Origin: Myxococcota bacterium
Lineage (GTDB): Bacteria > Myxococcota_A > UBA796
Direction of reading: 5' to 3'
DNA length: 51,058 nucleotides
NCBI GenBank assembly: GCA_038520555.1
Contig: JBCBLB010000002.1
Coordinates: 1-51,058 of the forward strand
Part shown: positions 1 through 7,706 of the stretch, piece after piece
Layout: every line of letters starts with the position of its first letter
Numbering within the stretch: position 1 is the stretch's first letter
The notes under the pieces: model-generated
Database searches by the model: none
Told to the model about the DNA's origin: nothing
Seen by the model: the letters and a program-made list of their open reading frames with translations, nothing else
Translations under genes and position numbers: made by a program

Positions 1-1075
1 GCGCCATGCTCGCTTCACCGCCTCCTTGAACGATGAGATCGTTGATGTTCTGGGCGATGGACCCTACCGCATCGAAGGACATGTTTGCCGCGTCGATGCG
101 CGCCTGGGCTGCTTCTGCGGACTGCTGCTTTTCGAAGTCGAACATCTGCTTGTTGAAGGCCATCTCCGCGGCGGCCCGCGCCTGGGTGGCCAGCGCTGCG
201 TTGCCGCTCTTGGCCTCCAGCTCGTCGATGAGCTCCAGCCGTGCAGTGAAGGCGTCGACGATGCGCTCTTCGTCGCTGAGCAGTTGCTGCTGGGATTGCT
301 GCTGGACCTGGATGAGCTGCTCGAAGGCGGTTCGCTGTTCCCGAAGGGCGCGCTCTCGCTCCCGCTCAGCGTCTCGTTGCTCCTTCGTCCTCTTCTGGAC
401 AATGACCTGGCGCCCGATCAGCTCATCAGCCTCAGCCAGATACCGTCGAATGAACGTGATCCCCTCAAGGGATCCGAACAAGCTGTCCAGCAACCCGAAG
501 CCCAGCACCTGGTTGATGAGCTGGGCGATGGCGCCGCTGTAGTCTTCTGCGGCCAGGGCGGCGGCTGTGGTGAATCGAAACACCTGCTGCAGCTGCGGCG
601 CGAACTCCTTGCCGAGCGCAACTGCCGCCCGCTCTCCAGCGACCCCCACCGCCTGGAAGCCCTGCTGGGTTTCTGGAAGCTCCTTGCTGATCTGCACCAG
701 CCCCCGGCCTGCAGCCGCCACCCCTGCACCAACGGCGACGAATCCGGCCAGAACCCCACCGAGCGCCAGCGTGGACGCCGACGCCGACGCACCGAGCGTT
801 GAGAACACGGTGGTCAACCGCCCTATGGTGCGCACTGCCCGACCAGCCCGACTGTTGACGCCGCTGAAGGCGTCTCCATAGGCCCGAAGCGCCCGGCCGG
901 TCTGCTTCGCCCGTCCAGAGAGCGTCCGCGTGGTCCGGCTGAACCGCTTAACCTCCCTCTCGGAGTCGTCGGCCTTGTCCTCGACGTCCTCGAAGGCCTT
1001 CTGGAACTCACGCAGCGTGCGGAGCGTCTCCCGCTCCCGCTCGATGAAGTACTCCAACAGGATGCGATCAGACAT
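1..1075 (-). CDS. Tape measure protein, N-terminal part (runs off window)
   Basis: Not in ORF track. ATG at 1075 reads MSDRILLEYFIERERETLRTLREFQKAFEDVEDKADDSEREVKRF, followed by an Ala/Gly-rich helical stretch; lies directly after the tail chaperone. Confidence 0.8.
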   Translation of the reverse strand, partial: MSDRILLEYFIERERETLRTLREFQKAFEDVEDKADDSEREVKRFSRTTRTLSGRAKQTGRALRAYGDAFSGVNSRAGRAVRTIGRLTTVFSTLGASASASTLALGGVLAGFVAVGAGVAAAGRGLVQISKELPETQQGFQAVGVAGERAAVALGKEFAPQLQQVFRFTTAAALAAEDYSGAIAQLINQVLGFGLLDSLFGSLEGITFIRRYLAEADELIGRQVIVQKRTKEQRDAERERERALREQRTAFEQLIQVQQQSQQQLLSDEERIVDAFTARLELIDELEAKSGNAALATQARAAAEMAFNKQMFDFEKQQSAEAAQARIDAANMSFDAVGSIAQNINDLIVQGGGEASMA

Positions 1076-1331
1076 GGCTCACCCCTGGGTTGTCTCGCTG
1101 CCACTGCTTTCGTCGCACGCGCTTGAGCCCCACCCGCCGCTTCGCCTCTCTCTGGCGGGCGGTGAAGGCTTTCTGGTCGCGGATCAGCGCCCGCAGGTTG
1201 TCGAGCGCCATCAGACGCTCCTGCTCGACGCGGGGGAGCTGGTGGTAGGAACCGATCGGGAGCGCCCCCTCTTCGAGGCGAAGATCGATGCGGAGGTCCG
1301 CTAAGCCGCGGTCGGTTCCGAGGTAAAATCC
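1068..1331 (-). other. -1 frameshift extension of the tail assembly chaperone (gpGT-like); slippery GGATTTT at 1331-1325
   Basis: The -1 frame is open from the slippery site to TGA at 1070-1068 (FYLGTDRGLADLRIDLRLEEGALPIGSYHQLPRVEQERLMAL...), has no obvious start of its own and overlaps the TMP ATG. Confidence 0.75.
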
Positions 1332-1699
1332 TCCTGCTCCCGGATGCCCTCCGCAGTCGGCAGGCTCTCAGCGATCCAGTTGATGAGGTCAACGTAGGTT
1401 TTTCCGACCACGATCCCCGACACCCGCTGCGCCATCAGCACATCCATCACCGCCCCACCGTAGCCGAGCACGTTCGGCTCCGCGCGGTTGTAGGCCGGCA
1501 GCTTGATGGTCTCCTCCTGCTCGTCATCAAGCACGACACACAGCCCCACGACCGCGAAGGCGACCCGCCCGAGGTGGCCGCTGTTCCCTTGGTTGACGGC
1601 GGTGTTGTAGGCCGCGACCAGGTCGTGCCGGATCGCGAACGAAGCGGGCATGCGCACCGCCAGTTCGCCCAGCGGCGGCAGCAGAATCTTCTTCATCAT
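1301..1699 (-). CDS. Tail assembly chaperone (gpG-like)
   Basis: 132 aa between tail tube and TMP, ends ...EQEDFTSEPTAA with a slippery site; AGGAG RBS. Confidence 0.7.
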   Translation of the reverse strand: MMKKILLPPLGELAVRMPASFAIRHDLVAAYNTAVNQGNSGHLGRVAFAVVGLCVVLDDEQEETIKLPAYNRAEPNVLGYGGAVMDVLMAQRVSGIVVGKTYVDLINWIAESLPTAEGIREQEDFTSEPTAA

Positions 1700-1705
1700 G
1701 ATCTC

Positions 1706-2254
1706 CTATGCGGCCAGCGGGCCGGTGTAGACGATGCGGTCGAAGTCGGGAATCGTACCGGTGACGTCGACGGTGGTCTCGCCGTTCGTGGTCTCGCCCC
1801 AGTCCCAGGTCCAGATCGCCCCGCGGGCGGTCCAGGTGTGCGAGGCCGCGTCCCCGGTCGCGGAGGCAGAGAACTGCACGCCGGTGTTCCACTCCTCGAT
1901 GGTCTCCAAATCCTTCGTCCAGTTGCTGCCCGCCGCACGGGTGATATTGCCCCGTCCGTTGAGCACATCGAGCAGGGAGTCCTGGCCTTCGTTGGTGAAC
2001 TGGAAGAAGGGGACCTGGAACGTGACCTCGATGATCGGATCGTCGCCTTTGAGGGTGGCGACCCACTTTCCGCGGATGCGGACATGGACCATCTCTGGCT
2101 TGGCGCCCAGGTTGCCGGACAGCTCTTTCGTCTTCGCGCCGGCGTAGGTCGCGCTCGGTCCTCCGAAGGTGTTGCTGCCGCCGGGGCCAGCATTGTCGAA
2201 GAACAGCACCGATCCATGCCGCGGCACCTTGGGGATCACACTAGGGTTCGCCAT
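1706..2254 (-). CDS. Putative tail tube (major tail) protein
   Basis: Thr/Gly-rich, beta-rich-looking ~180 aa protein (MANPSVIPK start after GAGGAGG); position before chaperone and TMP. Confidence 0.65.
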   Translation of the reverse strand: MANPSVIPKVPRHGSVLFFDNAGPGGSNTFGGPSATYAGAKTKELSGNLGAKPEMVHVRIRGKWVATLKGDDPIIEVTFQVPFFQFTNEGQDSLLDVLNGRGNITRAAGSNWTKDLETIEEWNTGVQFSASATGDAASHTWTARGAIWTWDWGETTNGETTVDVTGTIPDFDRIVYTGPLAA

Positions 2255-2255
2255 C

Positions 2256-2600
2256 TCAGCCTCCTCGCATCGTCTCAATGAGGTTTTTCTGCAGCCGCTG
2301 AGCGATCTGCCAGCTCCGACGTCGAAGCTCCTCGGTCACCTCAGCCTGTACGGTCTCGTCTTCACCCACCCGCCGAACAAAGCCGCCGTAGCCGCCCCGC
2401 CTGTCGCGGGCGGTGTTGATGAGGGTGAAGCCCTGCTCGGTGAACGAAAGCTCCCATGAGCCCTTGAAGTTCCCCGTTCGAACCGGACTGCGCTCTTCCG
2501 CCCACTGCTGCAGCGCTTCCCCTTCTTCCTTGAGGATCTGCTGCTGCCGCTGCTGCGCACGTTGGAAGCGCGCCACATAGTCGGGGGTCTGCCGGCTCAT
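2256..2600 (-). CDS. HK97 gp10-like tail completion protein
   Basis: SPVRTGNFKGSW motif and later YGGFV, neck-module position. Confidence 0.65.
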   Translation of the reverse strand: MSRQTPDYVARFQRAQQRQQQILKEEGEALQQWAEERSPVRTGNFKGSWELSFTEQGFTLINTARDRRGGYGGFVRRVGEDETVQAEVTEELRRRSWQIAQRLQKNLIETMRGG

Positions 2601-3019
2601 GGGCGCCCTCCCTGGACCACCCGGAGCATGAAGGGTTCAGGGTGGGCGGTGTGTCCAGCAGGCGCCAGACGCGCCGAGAGCGCGTCCCAGACCGCCCCAG
2701 GCAGCATCACCATCAGATCCGCCACCAGCTCCTCGAACAAGGTCGGCTCTGCGGGCTGGCCTGCGCGATGGACGTGGGCCGCATAGGGGGTGGTGTTGGT
2801 GATGAGCCAGCCGATCCGGTCATCAGCCAGGGGCTCGACGGCAAACGCTCGCGCGCACGCCCCGCTCCGCTGTGGCCACTGCAGGAAGAAGAACTCCTGA
2901 ATAAGCGCCGCATACTCCGCGATGACCTGCCGCTCCGGGCCCGGCAGCACCACCTCACGCCCCCGCGCAGTCTTGAGGCGGGCAGAGACGGAGGGCAGCA
3001 GCAGCGTGTGTCGGATCAT
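2597..3019 (-). CDS. Second, divergent gp10-like neck protein
   Basis: WPQRSGACARAF ... ITNTTPYAAHVH resembles the gp10 PVxSG ... NxxxYAxxV pattern. Confidence 0.5.
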   Translation of the reverse strand: MIRHTLLLPSVSARLKTARGREVVLPGPERQVIAEYAALIQEFFFLQWPQRSGACARAFAVEPLADDRIGWLITNTTPYAAHVHRAGQPAEPTLFEELVADLMVMLPGAVWDALSARLAPAGHTAHPEPFMLRVVQGGRP

Positions 3020-3474
3020 GCGTCCAGCTCCGTCCCGAGGCTGCCGACGCGACTGACGGTGAACTGCTGCACGATGACGTAGTGCTCAGCGTCAACCCGT
3101 CGATCGGTCGTCCCCGCATAGGTGACCTCTTCGACGCCCGCCGCAGAGTGCCAGGGGTAGTGGGTGAGGTGCTTGCGAACCCGTGTCTCCAACGCCACCG
3201 CCCCCCGCCGACTCTCCCGCTGCCCGTGGGGGTTGATCCGATACGAGAGCCCCACCGTGAGCGTGTCTGTCATTCGGGTGTCGTGCCGCTCTCGGCGCTG
3301 CCCTGCGTTCGTGGTCGGGCCCAGGATGATCCACACCCCCTGATGCGCCAGCCCCTTTGGGGTGCCCCGCGGCTGCACCAGGCGGTTGATGAACGTGAGC
3401 CCGAGCGCGCCGTCTGCCAGACGTGCCTCGAACGCGTCAATCACCTGCTCCAGCTCAGTGGTGGCCATCACCAC
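3016..3474 (-). CDS. Putative tail terminator / head-tail joining protein
   Basis: ~150 aa alpha/beta pattern in the neck module, translationally coupled. Confidence 0.45.
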   Translation of the reverse strand: MVMATTELEQVIDAFEARLADGALGLTFINRLVQPRGTPKGLAHQGVWIILGPTTNAGQRRERHDTRMTDTLTVGLSYRINPHGQRESRRGAVALETRVRKHLTHYPWHSAAGVEEVTYAGTTDRRVDAEHYVIVQQFTVSRVGSLGTELDA

Positions 3475-4229
3475 CCCCCGCCGTAGTCATGACCGAACCG
3501 GCCCCGCTGAGGCGCCGCCGTGAGCAGCAGCGGCCCCTGCCCTGCGGCCGGCGTCTCCTCAACCTCATCAAGGGTGCCGTCCTCATCACCGTCATAGCGG
3601 AAGGAGAGATCGCCCATCTCCGCCTTGTACTCGTCGAGCCGCGCCTTGTATTCCTCCATGTACCGGGTCTGACCACCCATCTTGATGGCTGCATCCCGGT
3701 AGGCGTACGCCAGAGACAAGGCGACGTGCGCGTCGGTCAGGTCGTAGCTGTCGAAGATGAGCCATGGCCTGCGCCCCTTCTTGAGCAGGTCGCGCTGGAT
3801 CTTCTCGATCGCCTTGATGCGGTACTTACCGAGATCGTTGACGCCTGACGGCAGCAGGGAGAGCAGATCGCTGTCGGCGTAGGTGAGGTCGGTGTCGATG
3901 ATCGTGGGTGTGAACAGCTGCCGGACCAGGTAGCCCGCGCGCTGGAAGGTGTGTGCGGCGCCGTCGAGGGTGACGCTCCAGGTCTCCAGCCATCCATCGT
4001 GTGGCACGCGCCCTTCGGTCGCTGTCGAGGGCAGCGTGTAGCTCGCCGGTGGGCCGAGCGTGGTCGCGGCAGCAGCAGCCACGATCTCTTCGCCTCCAAG
4101 ACGGACCGTCACCGTCGCCGCGGTTGCGGTCAAACGACTGCTGGCGACGTCGTAGATGTCCAGGTCCAGCGCTGTCTCACGACCGATCTGGACGAGCCGG
4201 GGCAGGCGCTGGCGGACCGTGTGCGTCAA
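3468..4229 (-). CDS. Putative head-tail adaptor
   Basis: Helical C-terminal half, neck-module position, coupled to neighbours. Confidence 0.45.
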   Translation of the reverse strand: MTHTVRQRLPRLVQIGRETALDLDIYDVASSRLTATAATVTVRLGGEEIVAAAAATTLGPPASYTLPSTATEGRVPHDGWLETWSVTLDGAAHTFQRAGYLVRQLFTPTIIDTDLTYADSDLLSLLPSGVNDLGKYRIKAIEKIQRDLLKKGRRPWLIFDSYDLTDAHVALSLAYAYRDAAIKMGGQTRYMEEYKARLDEYKAEMGDLSFRYDGDEDGTLDEVEETPAAGQGPLLLTAAPQRGRFGHDYGGGW

Positions 4230-4573
4230 CTGTTCGGCTTCGGGGACGTTGGCTGAGGGGCCTGCTGCGGTGTCTGCCTTGGAGTCGACGGAGGCAGCGA
4301 GTGAAGGACCTGCTTGAGCACCTCGTCGACCTTCTGGGCGGCGTTGTGCAGCACCTTGACCTGCTCAGCGAGGTCCTCGCTACGCTGATCCGCAGCCTGC
4401 CGGACGGCATCGGCCAGGCCCACCAGGTCAGAGGCGTATCGGAGCAGCCCGGACGCCTGCCGAGACTTCTCGGGGTCACGAATCAAGGCGGGAATGTGGG
4501 AGGCGATCCGGTCGACGGCCTGGTGAGCATCTTTAATCGCGATGAGGTGAGTGTCTACAGTGAAGGGCATCAA
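4226..4573 (-). CDS. Phage hypothetical protein (helical, Pro/Gln tail)
   Basis: ORF overlapping both neighbours by 4 nt. Confidence 0.55.
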   Translation of the reverse strand: MMPFTVDTHLIAIKDAHQAVDRIASHIPALIRDPEKSRQASGLLRYASDLVGLADAVRQAADQRSEDLAEQVKVLHNAAQKVDEVLKQVLHSLPPSTPRQTPQQAPQPTSPKPNS

Positions 4574-4761
4574 TCTCTCCGGTCTGAGGGGCGCCGAGGG
4601 CGGTTCGGTCTGCCGTTGCGCTTGTTGTCTTCGCGAATCGCGACCTCACGGGCTCTTTTGTCTGCGCGGTCCGCGGAGTAGCCGCTCTCCCGCAGCCGCC
4701 GCTTCAGATCGTCCATGGCGGCGCGGCCGTTGGGGTGTTCGCCGTTTCCGAGGCCCATCAC
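4570..4761 (-). CDS. Small basic phage hypothetical protein
   Basis: 63 aa ORF, coupled, GGAGG RBS. Confidence 0.5.
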   Translation of the reverse strand: MMGLGNGEHPNGRAAMDDLKRRLRESGYSADRADKRAREVAIREDNKRNGRPNRPRRPSDRRD

Positions 4762-5561
4762 TCCTCCGTGGTCTTGGAAGTCTTGCTGCCGCTGCTGCGG
4801 CTGGATTTCTTTTTGAGGGTGGGCCCAGCGGTAGGGGGACCGCTTTCGACCGGCAGCTGGGGAACCGGTGTGGGACTCATCTCCACCTCGCCCATCTCCA
4901 GAACGGTGGGCTCCACCTCCTCACCGCCCATCCGTGCCCACTCGGCCTTCATGGCTTCAATGCGCGCCTTCTGGGCGTTGATCTTTTCAGGAACCGGGTT
5001 CGCCTTGTTGCGCAGCCGGTCGAGGCGGTTCCCTTCGACGTCGAGGATGTCGGTGTAGCTGCTGTGCGGCATCTCCGGACACAGCTCCGACTCGTCTCGG
5101 TAGTACTTCACGAACGCCCACCAGGACGCAGAGCGGTCGAGCTGTCGGGCACCACGGCGCCCCAGGATCTCGAAGGCGTCTCCGACAAAGCAAAAATGCT
5201 TGCCGGTCTTCATCCCGAGGTTGGTTTTTTGGTGGCACAGATAGAATTGCCACTCCCCAAGGGCGGGCTCGCCCACCGGGAGGATGCGCCCGCCCTTCTG
5301 CTGGATGCGCAGCATCGCACCGGCCGCGTTTGGGACCTGGCCGGGGATGCCTTCGACGCCGTTTCCGCCCGGGTTGTGATTGATGCGGCCGATGTCGGGC
5401 ATAAACCCGTGCTCATCGTGCCAGACCCACGAATCTGGGAAGTGGAAAAGCGTGAACCGCTCTGAGCGGAACTGGCTCGCCGGCAGCCGGGTGTCACCGG
5501 CCGGCGAGCTGTGGGGACGTTCGATGGTCGCCGAATCGCGACCGATGATGTTGGGGCGCAT
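4758..5561 (-). CDS. Phage hypothetical protein directly downstream of the capsid gene
   Basis: 267 aa, GGAG RBS, aromatic-rich core, disordered Lys/Ser tail. Confidence 0.7.
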   Translation of the reverse strand: MRPNIIGRDSATIERPHSSPAGDTRLPASQFRSERFTLFHFPDSWVWHDEHGFMPDIGRINHNPGGNGVEGIPGQVPNAAGAMLRIQQKGGRILPVGEPALGEWQFYLCHQKTNLGMKTGKHFCFVGDAFEILGRRGARQLDRSASWWAFVKYYRDESELCPEMPHSSYTDILDVEGNRLDRLRNKANPVPEKINAQKARIEAMKAEWARMGGEEVEPTVLEMGEVEMSPTPVPQLPVESGPPTAGPTLKKKSSRSSGSKTSKTTEE

Positions 5562-5615
5562 CTGCTCTCCATGTATGCCCAGATTCGGGTGTGCCTAGAT
5601 CCGGGTGTGCTCGAA

Positions 5616-6551
5616 TCAGGCGTCGGTGGTGATCTTTACGGCGCGCAGGTCCTCGGCTTCTGTGACCGCAGGGTAGGCCTTCGCGTAGAAATCGGTCTGG
5701 CTGTTGCCGGCGTCGCGGCTGCGCTCGATGAACATCTCGTTGGTGCCGGCGATGATGTCCTGGGGGTTGACCATCTCCTGACCCAGAAGCGCCACGCCGC
5801 CGAGGGTGTATGCGAACGCGCCCGGCGCCATCACGCAGCCTTGCCGATCTGCACCGGCCGTAGCGGTTGGAACCGAGCCGCACTGGTAGACGTCGACGCC
5901 GGCGTGGCTGAACGCGTAGCCGGTCTGCCCATCGCGACCGGTGGCCTGGACAGCGTTCTGGGTCTGCTGGGTGTACTCGATGGCCCCGCGCTCGTTGCGG
6001 ATGCTCTCTTGGAGGTTGTTGACCTGCTGGCCGTGCAGGATGGCCATTCGATCCTGGGAGATGTTGTTGTTGAGGCGCAGGTAGTAGACCGCGTCGTACA
6101 GGTCATCTGCGCTCGCATCGACACCGGACTGACCGACATTCCCGGAAACCGAGGCGAACAAGCCAGCCATCAGGTCCGTCAGCGTGAGGTCCAGGCTCTC
6201 CAGCAGCAGCGAGAGCAGGTAGTCGACGTCCAGCGCTGCGCCAGGACCGGTCACCTTGAACAAATCGGTCGCCCTCATCAGCAAGCCGTGCAGGGCGACG
6301 GTGAGCTGGAACTGGTTGGCGGTGGGATCGGTCGCAGTGAAGCCGCCGCTCGTCTCAGAGCTGGCCGCGGCCATGGAGTAGCCGCGGGTGACGGTCGTGA
6401 CGTTCATCGTGGTCGAGCCGCCCGCAGTGTACGGGTAGAACGTCATGAACCGCCGCAGACCGACGGCGTCATAGAGGTTTTCATGAAGCAGCGGGTTCAA
6501 GATCGCGGCGATGCGCCCGCTGTTGACATAGTCAGCGTAGGTAACCGGCAT
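5616..6551 (-). CDS. Major capsid protein (HK97 fold, inferred)
   Basis: 311 aa after the scaffold; C-terminus IERSRDAGNSQTDFYAKAYPAVTEAEDLRAVKITT is typical of capsid C-termini; strong GC3 bias. Confidence 0.8.
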   Translation of the reverse strand: MPVTYADYVNSGRIAAILNPLLHENLYDAVGLRRFMTFYPYTAGGSTTMNVTTVTRGYSMAAASSETSGGFTATDPTANQFQLTVALHGLLMRATDLFKVTGPGAALDVDYLLSLLLESLDLTLTDLMAGLFASVSGNVGQSGVDASADDLYDAVYYLRLNNNISQDRMAILHGQQVNNLQESIRNERGAIEYTQQTQNAVQATGRDGQTGYAFSHAGVDVYQCGSVPTATAGADRQGCVMAPGAFAYTLGGVALLGQEMVNPQDIIAGTNEMFIERSRDAGNSQTDFYAKAYPAVTEAEDLRAVKITTDA

Positions 6552-6713
6552 ACAGGGTCCAGGGGCTGGGCTCTCTTACCACGGCAACAGAGCCTGAGTG
6601 GCTCCAGCACCCTGCCCCTGTGCGCCGGGTGCCGCGATGGCCTGGATAGATGCGCGCATCCTCTTCCCTGTACGCCGGAAAGCCGCGAGCAGATGCGCAT
6701 GTCGGATAGGCTA

Positions 6714-6742
6714 TCTATACAGATTTATCATTGACACGTCAA
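6714..6742 (-). promoter_or_regulatory. Sigma70-like promoter for the capsid operon (TTGACG-N17-TATAGA) with palindrome TTGAC-GT-GTCAA over the -35
   Basis: AT-rich island between scaffold stop and capsid gene; the same 12-mer recurs at 11398-11409. Confidence 0.65.
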
Positions 6743-6758
6743 CCGATTTGCGTCAGCG

Positions 6759-7703
6759 CTACGCCCGCAGGGCTTCCAGTCGCTTCAGGTTGGCCTCGCT
6801 GATCTTGATGTCCCCCCGCTGGAGAGCTTCCTGGGCGATCTGATGGGCGTAGCCGCGGCGGGTCGCCTCGTCCATGCGCTGGATCTCTTCGCCGGTGAAC
6901 TGGCGCTGACTGCCAGATGGGGGCGCGCCGCGTCCCTGGTTGGGCCGGCTCTGTCGCCGAGTCGGCGGCTGCCCAGGCGTTCCACCGGAGCCGCCATTGG
7001 CGCCCGCTGCGTTACCCTGACCCTGTTCGCCCCCTCCTCCCTGACCACCACCTCCTCCATCACCCTGACCGTCGCCCTGACCATCGCCAGCAGGGGCAGC
7101 AAAATGGCTCTTGTAGAGCGGGTGGTTGCGCTGCTCGGAGAGCCACGACTCGAAGTCCGGGGGGCTCTCAGCGCCCTCGGAAGCCTGCGCATAATCCCGC
7201 AGCAGGTACTTCTGAACCGTCGGATCGGTGATGCCGATGTCCTGCCGTCCCATCCGCTGCTGCCGCTGCAGCTCGGCGTTGCGCGACTGCTCTGCCGCCA
7301 GGGCAGTCGACATCTCAGTCATCTGCTCGTGCATGGCGCTGAGCTGCTTCATCACGGCAGCCATCTCAGGGTTTGTCGCAGGGGTCGTCTGAGGGGTCTT
7401 CTCGGGCACGGTGGCCTCCTGGGCGGGCGCAGGGTTGGGGGTTGATGATGTCGTTGCAGATTGTGCTGCGGGCTCTGCTGCGGGCTTTGCTGGCGGCGAT
7501 GCTTTGAGGCGCTCGATCTCGGCTTTGACGCGGGCCAGCTCTGCTTGTGCGTCCTGGTAGGCCTGGCGTTCGCCGACGAGCTGCGCCTTGGTTTTGTTGA
7601 ATCGGTCCCAGGTGCCTTTCGTCCAACCGGAGCCCTCAAAGCCTCCGGGCGGCTCTGCAGGCCATGGACGCTCGGTGGCGCTGGTGTTCTGGGCTGCGCT
7701 CAT
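6759..7703 (-). CDS. Putative capsid scaffolding protein
   Basis: Coiled-coil segments, Pro/Thr and Gly-rich linkers, short C-terminal helix; between portal and capsid; GAGGAG RBS. Confidence 0.7.
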   Translation of the reverse strand: MSAAQNTSATERPWPAEPPGGFEGSGWTKGTWDRFNKTKAQLVGERQAYQDAQAELARVKAEIERLKASPPAKPAAEPAAQSATTSSTPNPAPAQEATVPEKTPQTTPATNPEMAAVMKQLSAMHEQMTEMSTALAAEQSRNAELQRQQRMGRQDIGITDPTVQKYLLRDYAQASEGAESPPDFESWLSEQRNHPLYKSHFAAPAGDGQGDGQGDGGGGGQGGGGEQGQGNAAGANGGSGGTPGQPPTRRQSRPNQGRGAPPSGSQRQFTGEEIQRMDEATRRGYAHQIAQEALQRGDIKISEANLKRLEALRA

Positions 7704-7706
7704 GGT

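Noticed and set aside
26-1304. Plus-strand ORFs (26-802, 33-542, 930-1304 and others)
   Set aside because: Antisense shadows of the tape measure and chaperone extension on the minus strand
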